DNA of 53,314 nt, counting the filler, from Bipalium vagum (taxonomy: Eukaryota): assembly GCA_037834085.1 (NCBI GenBank). It is 3 parts of 3 records of this genome, joined end to end, with 100 filler letters (N's around TTAATTAATTAA, not from the genome) between each part and the next. Parts side by side here need not be neighbours in the genome. Positions count along the whole stretch, not along the records: positions 36,728 to 53,314 come from JBBMKC010104156.1; 2 more parts are not named here. The stretch is one strand, 5' to 3'. The translations under genes were made by a program, and so were the position numbers. The notes beneath the pieces were generated by a model, which searched no databases, was not told the DNA's origin, and was given only the letters and a program-made list of their open reading frames with translations. Shown piece by piece: positions 39,325 to 52,793 of the stretch. Position 1 is the first letter of the stretch; each line of letters begins with the position of its first letter.

Positions 39325-40790
39325 TACTGCCGGTCAATATTTTTCGCACAGTAAGTATAATACAATATAAACAAAATAAATAAGAGTTAGAAAATTGATA
39401 CTTTCAGTAATTAATGTTAAACTTCAATAAATTGTTATAGTGAAATCAATTTAATATTTATGTAATTTTTTGAATAATATAAGTAGTAATAAAAATTTTC
39501 AAAATTTTAAGTGGACAAATTTTTTACATAGGTAAATATTTTAGTATTTATAAAAAACAAAATAATTAATTAGATATTATTAATAGTTCATCATAATATA
39601 AATCTTACATCTTAGTTATAAAATATGAAATCAGACAATCTGAGATTGACTGCACAACGGTTGAATATGGAAGGGAATAGTTATGGTGAAGTCGCAAAAA
39701 TTTTAGGAATCACGCGATTTTCTGCAAGAAGTTTAATCAGATATAAGTTGAATGGTAATAAAAAGAAAGTTGGCCGCAAAAATAAAATTAACAATTGTCG
39801 GTAAAACGTGAAATAGAGCCTTTGAATGATCATCAAGAAAATGTAAATTCCACAAAATTGATGAGAATTTTGAATGTTGACGTTTCACAAAGAACGGTAC
39901 GTCGTCACCTGTCAAAATCAGGTTACAAATACAAGAAAGCGACAAATCAAATAATTCTTTCAAAGAAGCACAAGCAGCTAAGAATAGATGTAATTTCCAG
40001 TTGGATTTCTAGGAATCACCCATGTGAAAACACAATATTCACAGATGAAAAAAGATTTACATTAGATTGACCAGACAATTGGATGACATATATGCCAAAA
40101 ACTTTGAAAAATATCCGTCAGAGGATGCAATGTCACGGGGGTGGTTTAATGCTGTGGCTAATGATTTTTCCGAATGGTCTTTTATCTTTCCATTCAATAA
40201 TTGGTACACTTGCTTCTAATGATTTTGTACAAATGTTGCAGAAAATTTTCTTTCAAGACAATTGTACGATACATACTTCAAGGTTAGTACATGACTACCT
40301 AAAATATTCGAATATACAAACTATTCCCTGGCCATCTAAAAGTCCTGATCTAAGCATAGTGGAAGATGTCTAGAAAATTATTTCAGTCATGGTTTATGAT
40401 GGATCTCAATTTAACAATCTGCGAGATTTACAATTACGCATCACAGATATTATCCATATAATAAACAATAAGAAAGATAAAAAATAATTGATTAGTATGG
40501 ATCACTAGAGCTCGTCTTTGCAAAGTCTTAATTTCCAAAGGGAATTTGTATAATGTGTAATATTTTGTTGATAAATAAAAGGTGTGCAAAAAATGTTGTC
40601 CTTTTTTAATTTTCAGTATTTGCATTTCTTAACTTTATATATTACAAACATTATTTAAAGATTACTTACTTAAAATTTACATAACTAACGTCTATTACTA
40701 AATATCGCTTATAGATAGATTTCATTTCATACACACAGTAATAAAATTCATATAAAATAGTAACTGTGCGAAAAATTTAGTCCGGCAGTA
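39325..40790 (+). mobile_element. Near full-length (1466 bp) inactivated Tc1 (DD34E) with IR-DR-type ends
   Basis: TA-flanked TIRs tactgccgg...tttttcgcacagt; FTDEKRF, FQDNCTIH and WPSKSPDLSIVE (34 residues between D and E); stops and frameshifts. Confidence 0.95.
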
Positions 40791-41709
40791 TATTTGAAAA
40801 TGACAATATTAACAGATTTGAGAAGTTGAAGTTGTAGTATTTTATCAATTCAACTTAAAATAAATTTAAATATAATAATTAAATTTAATTATGATCTTGG
40901 TGTACCTGTTCTTATATCGAAACGATTCAAGCCAACTATCTAGTAATTATGAATGTTTATTGGCCAAGATAACTGCGTTCCATTGAGATTGACGGATGGC
41001 GAACGAATCTTTAGGAGAGGTTTCATTTGTCGAAAAATTCTAGAGATTTTTTCAACTGGTGAGGTGTTCCACTTTTATTATTTCTGTCTATTTTGGTTTT
41101 CGAGATAATTCATACTTTTCTATTTGAATTATAATTTATGATATGAATTTATTACTTTATTCCTGTAATTTATTGAAATTATTTTATTTTCAATTCTAAT
41201 TAGTACGAACTTTTCTTTATTATTCTCAATAGTACTTTACTGATGGCATTATCTTAGTTAGAGTATATATCATATATATGTATTTTGTGAGCGCGATTCT
41301 GATGGTTGTGTTAAATATTGATCTTGAGGTTCTGTGTGATTCATATGATTATTTTTGTGATTTAAGTTGATATACGTTGAAGTTATTGTAGAATCTAAAT
41401 ATAATACAAGATAGTGAGTCAGATAAGCTCAGCTGTTTAATATTATAATATATATCTATTCTTGATTTAATATAGTAAAATTTTCTGGTATTTCAATTTT
41501 CTATTTTACACAATTTGGTCTCAAGATATTTTGTATAAATACAATTAATCGTTTTTATCTTTTGATCATATTTTCTTCCAACTTCATTCATTTTGTTGTT
41601 TTTCCTATTTTAATGATTTTGGTGGTCATGATTTTAAAATTGAAAATGTTTTGTCTTGTTATTAACAAATAACGAACAAAAATGATGAACATTACAATTT
41701 ATTTTTTTT

Positions 41710-42760
41710 ATCAAGAAATCACTCAATTGTTTCTGATGAAACTTGTTAACACCGCCCTTTCCCTTTTTCAGAAACCATAATTCAAGTTGGGGTAAAAAAC
41801 AAGAATTTCACAGTCTGTAAGTTATGTATTTAATTCTGAAATGTTAACGTCATCATCAGTTTCATGAAATTTATCTTTTTCCTGACCAGCCTCATTTAAG
41901 TCATCTACAATAAATTGATTATAATCAACATCAATTACATCATGTATCTCTGCATTTTAGATATCAACAAATTAGTATTATCTTGCATAGCATTTCTCAT
42001 ATTGTCATTAATTTCTAAAGATTTGTCCCAACATTTTACTATAGTCTGTTTACTGGCCTTTATATAGGACTGATTCAACATAATATATACCTGAAAGAAA
42101 TCTTTTTTTCGTAGAAATGTGAGAAGATCACAGCCTGCACAATTTTCTTCGTTTTGATTCAGTAAAAATGCACTCAAATGACTACGATATTTATCTTTGA
42201 AAGCCTTTAGTATACCTTGATCTTGTGGTACTTTGGAGGTACAATTCTTGGCCAAAAGCAATAACTCAATATAAACTGGTACTCGTTAGTCATCTTTGAC
42301 ACATTTTTTAATAAACAAATTCAAAATTTCGTTAACTGGAATTTAGTTAAATAAAGAAAAGAGAGACTGAACCTTTTTTGAATGATAAATTTTTTTTATT
42401 TTATCGATTTCTTTCATTTTTCAGTCTTCATAGTAAAATCAGAAACTTATTATGCACCAACCTCAATGAGAATATTACAAAATTTGTGATCTTCATTTAT
42501 TTTTCTTCTATGATCTCATTGATATTGAAAATTTTCTAAAGCTCTGGTTATTTCTTAATGTTCTTTTTGTAGGTTATTTATGAAATATAGCAAAAAAATG
42601 GAAAATGTTTTAATTATCGTGAAAGTGACCGATTTTATTTCTTGAAACATTACTTTACTCCCTGGAGATTCTGAAGAATATGTATGGACCACAAATATAT
42701 TTAAATCTTTTATAAAAAGTCCAGGGGGGATATGGATATTATGTTAATGATAAGAATTAT
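41710..42760 (-). mobile_element. pogo/Tigger (DDE_1) remnant
   Basis: LLAKNCTSKVPQDQGILKAFKDKYR (cf. LPPNTTSxLQPLDQGII) and a C-terminal QKQLSDFL. Confidence 0.8.
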
Positions 42761-43455
42761 TTTTCATTTTACAGGAGAATTTTTTTCAAAAGTCGTTTTT
42801 GTAGTTATGATTACAATTATCCAAGGAGATCTTAATATATTCAATTTATTCCAGTTTCTGATCTTCATGGACAATGGATCAGATTCATGGTACCAGTGGC
42901 ATTAGCTAAACTAATTTACGGACTACCGCTGAATCGCAAAAAATTGAAAAAAAAATAAATAATATTTTATAACTTTTATTGAAGTAAGAAACACCATATT
43001 CCTTATTTTTTCCGTTAATTTAATTAAACATTTTATATTAATCAAGAAATTACCAATATTTTTCACGTTAAAATATTAATAATAAAAATAAATAAATAAT
43101 AAATAATATATATTGATTTTTCTCAAAATTAAATGACGATTAATTAATTATTTATTTCAGCTTTTTATTTCAAAAGAAATAACTTAATTTAAAAACTAAT
43201 TATTTAAATATTAATTAATTATTAAAAAAGTACTTGATTAAATTTCTCTGTTAAAATTAAAGAAAATTAAAGAAAATGTTAATCTAAATGAATTTTTAAA
43301 ATTAAGATAGAAGAAAAATGATCCAAACAAAAAATAATAATTAAAAAGGTGAACTTAATAATATTTTTAATGAGTTAAAAATAATTTTTTTAATTTAATA
43401 ATAATAAAATATTAGTATTTTTCTTTTGCAAAAGTTTAGCTTAATTATTTATTAA

Positions 43456-43490
<35 letters not shown>

Positions 43491-43715
43491 TACTATTATT
43501 AATTTTTAGTATACCCGACTTATATTGAAATTGTGATTTGTACAAAGTGTATATTAAGTATCAGATTTTAAAACAACGCAAAAAATGTTTACAAATGTTT
43601 TGCAATCAATTTTATCCTCTATCAAAATAGGAATTGTGAAATTTTATGTAAGATTTTAATTGGATTAATATTTTAACATAATCACATTTAGACACCTCAA
43701 ATTCAATTTCGGAAA

Positions 43716-44190
43716 ATGCTGTCAATTGAAGAGGAAATCGAAAGCATAATGCTGATGGGTCAGATGAATTCAGCAACATCAATAAGATGACATTTAAGAA
43801 AGTTGAAATGAAACAAATATACCAAAAGTGAGGATCTTTATACCCATATCTTTACAAAAATGAAACAGATTTGGCAATGTATTCAATATTCAAAAGCTTG
43901 GAAAACCATCAATTGATGATAAAGAAATTGAAAAAAATTCTCAGATTTATGAAGAGCTTACTAAGAAATTCTGCTAAAGAAATTGGATGCAGTTTAAAAG
44001 CGGTTTATAATATATTGACATCTAACCTTTAATTGTATCCATACAACATTTAAATGTTTCATCACCTACTTGACGAAGATTATACGGTAAGAGTAGAAAT
44101 GTGTCAAACCTTAATCAATAAAATCCACAATGATTCAATTTTTCTAACAATCTCTTTTGCACCGAAGAAGCAACTTTTCATACAGGAACA
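43716..44190 (+). mobile_element. Tc1/mariner (maT/rosa-like) N-terminal remnant
   Basis: AKEIGCSLKAVYNIL...LYPYNI*MFHHLLDEDYTVRVEMCQ...EATFH. Confidence 0.75.
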
Positions 44191-44828
44191 ATATATACTG
44201 GTCATAGGCAGATCAGAGAGAGAAATGAAGAGGAGCGTAATTTTCAGAAGCAGTTTTCTCAATAGAAATTGATTAAAATTTTATTTTGTTCGCTAAAACG
44301 CGACCACATTAAATCGGTCACATTACAAAGGTGTTCAATTTGACATGTTTCATTGTATTAAAGGTTCGTTGATTTTGACCAATCAAATCGATTGGATTTC
44401 ACAGAAATTCAATATATAAATATGAAGCTGAGACTTCGAAATTAAATTAATTCCTCAGTGAGTACTTTCGATTAATTTGAAGTCTAATTATTTTTTATAT
44501 ATATTTTTACGATTATTGACGAGAACTTTATATTTTTGTTTTAATTATTTATTTATATTATGCATCGGTAAAAAATCATTATCTGACAGAGAGATATTAT
44601 AACTTTTGCAAAACAAAATTATTATATTATTATAAAAAATAATTATTTTTAGTGTACTTCAATTTTTTTGTTATGAATTTCCGATTTCATAATATATTAA
44701 TTTATTTTTCTTGTATAAATTCTGAAGAAAAATAAAAAATATTATGAAATCGATATTAAAAAGAAGATTTCAAATTTTCTTTCAAAAGTTATAAATATTT
44801 TTATAAATTAATTTTTTCATTCAGAAAA

Positions 44829-45065
44829 ATGATCAAGCCAAAATATTCCTTTCTCCTGATTTCGTTCATATCATTGTCGTTTTTCTACGTGTCAGGCAAG
44901 GATCACAATCTCAATCTGAAGGAGTTGTCAACAAATCCCCTTCTGGTGGAATACCCTTTCAGAAAGACGAACTACTTATTGTCCAAGAAAAACTGGCCAT
45001 CCAGCAAAAGATATCAAACTTATGACGATTATGACTATGGGTGGCCAGGGGGCAGATTTGGTTAA
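44829..45065 (+). CDS. Secreted neuropeptide precursor yielding YQTYDDYDYGWPGGRF-amide (CCK/sulfakinin-type)
   Basis: Hydrophobic signal peptide, KR convertase site and C-terminal Gly amide donor. DYDYG-x-x-GGRFa matches molluscan CCK/sulfakinin (DYDYGLGGGRFa). AATAAA at 45109-45114. Confidence 0.88.
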   Translation: MIKPKYSFLLISFISLSFFYVSGKDHNLNLKELSTNPLLVEYPFRKTNYLLSKKNWPSSKRYQTYDDYDYGWPGGRFG

Positions 45066-45956
45066 AAAGAGACGTTCTTTGTTGAAAGCTTAAGTGATAG
45101 TTATGAATAATAAAAATAATTTTACGAAAAACAATATTTATTATTTACTTTGTTTAATTGAGGAATTTATTTGGGTAATAAATAAATAATTTTAAATAAA
45201 AAAAATTTATTATTTAGATAAAGTTAATTTTTTACAAAAATATTTGTGTTGGGTATGGGAGATAACCTATTTATATCAGATTTTTAAAAAATGTAATATT
45301 TGATAAATCTAAGCTCCAGAGACTTTTTTTATGTTGATATTAAAATTGTCTCTTGTAGTCAATTTTAGAAATATTTTTTGTTTTCATTTTATGAAATTAT
45401 ACAAATTTTTAGAAAGATAAACTAGGATCAAAATATATTAATAATATTAGTACTACAATTGACATAAAAATGATAATATTTTACTTTTGCTCAAGTGGAT
45501 TAATAATATGTGAACGTGTGTTTGGGCAACTTAACATAAACTAACTGTTTCAGAAGTATTTATCTGTGCTTAACGTAAAGAGTAAGGTGTAGATGTAATT
45601 TTAAAATTTAGTGACAATGATACTATAAAAGTTAAATAAATACCAAATCGATTATTAAACACTGAATCGGATTAAGTCGAAAAATAAATCAAACACTGAA
45701 TCGAAACACTGAGATAACGATTAGTTTTTATAAAAAATATTTTTAATAAATCTGATAATAAGATTTTTAATGAAAATTTAAATTTAAAGTGAAACCAGGA
45801 GAAGAAAATTAGCTTAAGATATGACAGATTACCCTTCAATAACGACTTTCAAGAGCCCTCAGTTAAAAAATGTGGTTCTCCGTCTTTTTGTAGTGAAGAG
45901 CACAAAAAAGAAAATACCAAGAGAAAATTAAAAAAGGTCAATTATGTAATCCTACA

Positions 45957-46709
45957 TGGTTGGGGATGCTGATCTAATTTTTATTATTTATATTAATTAA
46001 TTAATAACTTATAATCCGTAATCGAACTCTAATTTTTAATTTTTTCATTATTATTATCTTTTATTATTATCAGTCCACCTCTAATCAGTCGTTAACCAGA
46101 ATTATTATAATGAATTATTTAATAATTGCTTATTTGAGATTTATAATCAAATCTAATAAACAAGGTTATAAATAGAATAGATAATAAAAAGATTCCTTTA
46201 CTGGACTACTTGTTTTCGGCTGTAGACTGTATCTGATTCCCTTTGTAGTGTTTTTACCCGAACCCCGCTGTTTTCAAATTTTGCTGTTGTGACTTCTGAT
46301 TATTTTTTTGATAATTTGTTTTTGATTAGGATTTTTCCCTCTTTGTTCTGAGTATTTTTTGCGTGTCTTGATAGTGAAATGCTTCATTATTTATATTATT
46401 TTATTTTTTGCTTTTTCTAAAGTTAGTAACTTAATGTTATTATTTTAAGATTTTCCTGAAAATTTTTTTGTACTATAAATCTATTTTTAGTAATTTTATT
46501 TAAAATTTTTAGTAAAATAATTATTTTTAGTAAATTTATGTTATTGATTAAGTTTTCCACAATTAGTCATCGAAAATGATTGTTTTTTACTTAAATATAA
46601 TTTTAATATTTTATATATTATTTTTATATTATATTTAATATTTTATTTGATAATTATGTTAACTAAAAAAAGAAGGATAAAAGGATTTTGGGTCTCTATG
46701 GGTTCTAAC
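45957..46709 (+). repeat. Dispersed ~750 bp repeat, family 2 (probable old solo LTR), copy 2
   Basis: Inverted homology with 3382-4130; begins tggttgggg and ends ctaac. Confidence 0.7.
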
Positions 46710-47379
46710 TTTTACAATAAAAACAATAAATAAAATTACACAAAATTATATTTTCCACGCATAATAACAAAATGTTTTTATTAACATCAAAGGAGAAATG
46801 CACAACTTTTTTTGTCAAAGAATTAATATTTTGATGGAATTAATAAATTTGATGGTGGGAGCCTCCACAATAATTTTTATAATACTTTTGATTAAAATCA
46901 AAATCAAATCACGAAGTTCGATAATTAAGAAAGGTAACAGATGTTACATTAATAAAGTATTTAACTTATTTAGCCTTCGCAGTAATGTAAATAATCTTTT
47001 TTTTTATTTGCTGATTTTTGAGTTTAATATATTTTTATAATATCATTGATTAAATATGATGGTCTCACCCAGAAATAATTTCAGTTAACTTTTTAAAAAT
47101 ATACATATGTAAATTACCATATTGATCTGATCATTTATTAGTTTAGACATGAAAGTTACTAAAACTATGATATGGTTGAGAGGTACATTCCTTGAGCTTT
47201 GTTTAGGGTTCATCAAGGCTTTCTAAACTAATTTATTATATTATTAATTAATTAAAACTAGAGTTGAAGCAATCGATGTTGTGTAACTATCCTGTGAGCT
47301 TAACATTTTCTTCTAGTAAAATCAAAATTTATTTGTACTGCATATATTTTTAAAGATAATTCATGCAGGGGGTCCTGTG

Positions 47380-48050
47380 TTCAGGTGTACAGTGTACAGG
47401 CAAAATATGCTTTTGTACTTTGAATCCAGTTTTGCACAGAAAATGTATGATGACTTGCATTTAAAATCCTATAAGATTAGCTTAAAGTTGAAGCTTGCTT
47501 GTAACCCGTTAGTGCAACGTGTTTATAGCACGAAGAACCATCTGGAGATGCGCGGTAATACAACGGGTTTCATAGGCATTGTAAATATTATCGGAACTAA
47601 TTTTTAAAAGGAAAATAGGAACTTTGGTATTTTTTCATTTTTCTGCACTTATGGTATAAGAATTTCCTATTTCACCACAGCTTTTCAAAATTTGATATTA
47701 TGTCTCACCTTCCATCGTGATAACCAACCATCAGTTTCTTTGAAACCTTGATTGCCTAATTTTTTAGCAATCTCCTCTGACTTAGATTTCAATATAGGAC
47801 CGCTAATATTAATATCTATTCTGGTAATTGTATGAAACCAACGGGATTCCGCAACTTGATTCCTCACTGGGATTCTTTCCTTCGCGTTTTCTTTTTTATA
47901 AGTGTGCATTTTCCTCAGATATCTCAAAATTTTCACATTAAATTTTTTTTCATAAAAGACGTGATATTGTTGATTTTGGAAAACAAGTTGACTGATTAAT
48001 TTACTGAGGATTACCGGGTTACTTTTTAGTTTTATCCAATAACACAATTT
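47380..48050 (-). mobile_element. pogo/Tigger remnant (CENP-B HTH + first DDE motif)
   Basis: ISGPILKSKSEEIAKKLG...DGWLSRWKVRHNI and NIYNAYET. Confidence 0.88.
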
Positions 48051-48339
48051 TGTTCTAAAGAGTCAAATCACTTGGCTTATTAAAATATTAAGTAAACACT
48101 AAAAATGATATTACATGATACTACAAATAAAAAGCATGATGTTACCAATTAACCAAAATGTTGTCCATATTAAACGAAGTAAATTAATATAAGTTAGTTT
48201 TCTGTTTTTGTTCCTTAAGAGTTGTCCCAAATACACGGCAGTTTCAAATAAGACGAATCTACTGTATATGCAGAGAATTATACAGAAGAACACTACAGAG
48301 AAAACCAACATATTTCGCAATATCGCAAAGCGAAGTTTT

Positions 48340-49057
48340 TGGGAACTCCCTATAAATCTCGAAATAATTTCCTTTAACAGATAACATTAACTCTACCTTG
48401 ATTAGAATGGCAATATTGCAATAAAAAATAGTTACATGTGACGAAAAGTGGATTTATTATGTGTCTCATGGCGCCTGTCTGGTGAACTATTGCTGCCTGT
48501 CATTAAGTAGTCAAGGTTCCAAAAGAAAGTTCGGATTTCTATATGGTGGAATTATTAGAGAATCATACATTTTTATTAATACCAGACGGTGATCCGAAAA
48601 CATCTGAAGATTTCTTTCAACTGTTAGATTAAATTCATGAAATAATGTAACAACTTTACTCACAAATATTCATTAGAAAACACGTTCTCTTTCAACAGGA
48701 TAATGTAATGTCGCACACAATTAAAAGGACATTGGTAAAGATCGATGAGCTTCCTGGATTTGAACTAATTCCTCATCCAGAATACAGTCCAGCATACAAC
48801 ATCATCTGATTATCATCTGTTTCGCTCTATAGCGCATTATATTACAGGAAAGTCTTTAAAAAATAATGACGACTTAAAATCAGGGTGCCAACAGTTCTTT
48901 GATTCAAAAAACTACGAGTGGTATGATTCGGACATAAAATTACCTGTAAAACTTTAAATAATAATGGATCATATTTTGGTTTTTCAGCTTTATAATTGAC
49001 TTGTTAATATTACTTCTTATAAAATTGAAATGGTAGATTACTTGTGGAACAGCCTAG
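48340..49057 (+). mobile_element. Mariner 3' half with right TIR
   Basis: IVTCDEKWI, ISIWWN, FQQDN, IPHPEYSP and SDYHLFRS; TIR-like ttacttgtggaacagcctag. Confidence 0.88.
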
Positions 49058-49412
49058 TGTTTTTCTGTACAATCTATTCACACATTAAACAAACTTTAAG
49101 AGTAACCTTATTTCAAACAAGATGAATTTGATCGTGAATATTTACCATTTTCTCGGAAGATCTCTTTGGTAAATGCATAATCATCATTAGTTAGCCGATC
49201 GAAGGTTTCTGGCTTAAAAACTGATACACATATAACTTAGAACCAAATAATATCTTCTAATATAGCATATTTGGGTTTTTTGTAATTATAAAGATAACTA
49301 GAAGATTAAATTATTAATAATTACATAGGTATCATCTTTCAAGATTAGTATTTCAGAATGATAGCAGAAAAATATTGATCAGTATATTATATTTATTGCT
49401 GAAAAAAAATAC

Positions 49413-49465
<53 letters not shown>
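49413..49465. repeat. (ATT)n microsatellite
   Basis: About 17 perfect units. Confidence 0.97.
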
Positions 49466-50158
49466 TATAATTCAGACCTTTTACCATATTGAAACCCGTT
49501 TTAAAAGTTTTGATAATTGTTTTAAACACGGCTTCTCATTTCTCACAGTTTCCTCTTTTACTTAAATAAAACAAAGTTTACTGAAATTTTTTTCTTCATT
49601 AAATCAATTAAATCTATAACGATTATTTCTTAAAACTTTTCCAATTTTCTTAGCGGAGAATAATAATTATTCGTCTCGGAATACTTGAGATTTGTTGGCA
49701 GAAAAATATTTTTAAACTTAAAATTAGGCGAAATTATTTATAAATATTTTTCTCGTGAAAAAGTTTACTTTTAATAATTATCCAATCACGTCTCACAAAA
49801 AAATTAGGCGCGCAATTTACCTTTAGCATTATTTTGGTAAAATTTTCATGACAGCAAAAATTTTATTTTTTCTTGTTATATTAAAAATGAAAATTTTCAG
49901 ATTGAAACATTTAAACAAAATATAAATTTGTTTATTATAATTTTAATAAAATTTTAGACTGTTACTTTCGTATACCACTAATTTCACCTTGAGAAATTGC
50001 ATATGTTCCTTAGAAATTTAATATATTTTATAAAAGAATATTTTAAACGTTAATGCCAATTTTATTATAGTAATTATTGTTTTAGAAAACGATTTCCAAT
50101 AAAAGGAGAAGTACTTAACAGTGCTTTCTATATCATCAGTGAATAATATATTATAATA

Positions 50159-50660
50159 TTGGGTTGGCAAAAAAGTCCGCTTTTTAATATTGGAATTTGT
50201 AAATCAAATTTTCATAAACTAATCATTCAGTTCTTGTTTAAATAATATAACAGTTTTAGGCGATAATTAAAACATCATTGTGCAAGATAACAAACTGTAT
50301 TTTCGTCATATTTGTTTTATTTTAAAAAAGATAAGAATTACATTATTTATAAATATTATATTAATTTTAAAAAGGTTAGTGAGCTTCGGATGTACATAGA
50401 AAAATATGTAAAATATATGGAGACTTAGCTTAAATATATATCAATACGAGCATGCAAAAATGGTCGTCAAATTCAGTTGTGAAGAATTCGATATGAACGA
50501 TGCATCGTGATCCGGATGCCCATTCCACATTGATCTAAACGATATTGAATCTATTATCGAAAGGAATCCATCGAATGTGGTTCGGAAAATCGCAAAGATA
50601 AGAAAACATAATATAAAACTATAGAGGAATCTAAAAATAAATGTAAAAGTTCAGAAAAAA
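50159..50660 (+). mobile_element. Mariner 5' fragment with left TIR
   Basis: TA+ttgggttggcaaaaaagt; YFRHI, KICKIYG and EFDMNDAS*SGCP...IESIIERNP. Confidence 0.8.
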
Positions 50661-51104
50661 TCTTATTTCAAATTTGGACATATACGTACCTTTTATGTCC
50701 TTGAAATTTTATGTACTTGAAATTTTGCAAACTAACATAAATAGAGTATTTGTATAATCTGAATAAATTTTTTTGAAAAAGTAGATCCTTACGAAAATGA
50801 TTTATTCTTGTTATATTTAAAATAGTTAGTACTTGCCTAATACCTTTGAACAGTATGGTACATATACGACAATGTATATGCTGATGTATAATGTACATCG
50901 CTGATGTATATATGGAATTTAAGTAATATTAATAATAATATAATATCTAAAATTTTTTATTTTATTTAAGTCGATATTGATTATATTTATAGCAGTAATT
51001 TGATAATTAATTTAAGCTTATCAATTCATTTTTAGAAATTTTCTAAAAGCTTACTCTTTCTAGAAGTACTTATTCGAAAATTAGAAATGGAAGTTAAAAA
51101 AATA

Positions 51105-51250
51105 TAAAGGCAGAATCACTATTTTATTTTGTTGCAATACAGTCCTAAAAAACTGAAGCTTTTCGTCATTGGGAAATCCGGAGCATTTAAAAGTTTTAAT
51201 AACTTTTCATTTTGCAGATATTCAAATAATGAAAACTCTTGGATGAAAAA
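51105..51250 (+). mobile_element. pogo/Tigger DDE_1 fragment
   Basis: RITILFCCN...KLKLFVIGKS...SWM. Confidence 0.75.
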
Positions 51251-52793
51251 GGACGAAAATTACTGATGAGAAAAAAGGAAAGACTTCATTTAAAGACTTA
51301 AGGTTGACTGAAGCAATTATCTTAAGTCAAATCGGCAAATAGTGAACACTAATTAGTGAACATTTCGTTTAGTAACAAATCTATTGAAATTAAATAAAAA
51401 TCCACAGTAAACACAGATATTCTTCACGATCATTATGAACAATGAACGTATTTTTTTTATTAAAAAATCAAATCTCTTAGTAATTTTTTTAAATATTATC
51501 ATCATTAATGAACAAAAAACAAATTAAAACATGAATAATCGAAAATTTTACTTTTCAACAAAAAGCTGAATTGGCTGCCAAATTGAAAACAGAAATGAAA
51601 CCAGAGAATGTTGGCTACGAAGTATGACAAATCTGTTGGCCTGGTAAACAAATTAGTTAATTCTGATGAAAATGCCTTTAATATAGGAAACATGAAAAGA
51701 AAACGTGATGGATTGTTAAGTAAAACTAAGGCCAGTGAACCATTATTTTCTATGAATGGTTTCGATATAAACACTCCAAAAATATATTAATGGAATGTGG
51801 GAAATAGAAAATATTATTCGAACAGAAAAGAACAATAAACAAGCAAAAATAAAAGATTTTCAGACAAAATTTATTTGTTTATTGATTTATTCTGTTACGT
51901 ACATGTATATTGTGCTTAATTATTGCAAATAAAAAAAATTGATTTACATTTTTTATTTGGTTAAAAATTAGACCAATGAAATTGTTTTGTTCACTAAATG
52001 TCATTTAATGAACGAGGTTTTTTAAATTCTATTATTCACTATTTTCAGGTTTGACTGTTTATTGCTTATACCTGACAAGATATATCGTAGACAATTATTA
52101 GGAGTTGCTGGTACGCCACAGAGCTCACCAAAGTAGAGTTTTTAAACGATCCCAACATAGAATCCACTGAAATTGAAAATTTAACAAATGAGATGGATCT
52201 AATAGATAAAATTGTCAGGACGAAGTGTTGCATTTGAATTTAACCATTGAGCATTGATTTTTAGATACTAAAGTTACTTTTACAGAAATTCAATCAGAAG
52301 TGTTGCTTCAACAAATAAAAAAAGAGTGAATCTGAAAATATGGAAAATTATGTTATCATGTGGCAATAACTTACCTTGGCAAGCTAATGTCATATTTGGT
52401 AGGCCTTCCTAAAGTATCAGAGGAAGGTAAATGAATCCTTAAAATGAATGAAAACATGCTACTTTCGCAAAAATGCAGAAATAGAAACAAGACTTTAGAC
52501 TTTTGGCTATCTTATATGTGACCAAAATCAGAGGGAACACTGTATTATTAATTTTTACCCAATTAATAAATATTAAATATGATATCTCAATTTGAATATT
52601 TATTTAAAGAAAATTGAAAAGTAAAAAGTGTTTTAAGTCAATTTAATAACATGTGACGCCTATAAATCTGGACAAAGTTTGGTCCCTGCCATTACTTTCA
52701 ATATTTTTAAAAACCATATTTTAACAAATATTTCTTATTTAAAAATCTTTTATCAATAAGATATTAATTTATACTTCTGTTCAATATTTTATT

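Noticed and set aside
50100-50150. Minus-strand hammerhead-like core CTGATGA-tata-GAAA-gcac...gtac-TT
   Set aside because: Stem I cannot form and stem III has a mismatch; not adjacent to a Penelope remnant.
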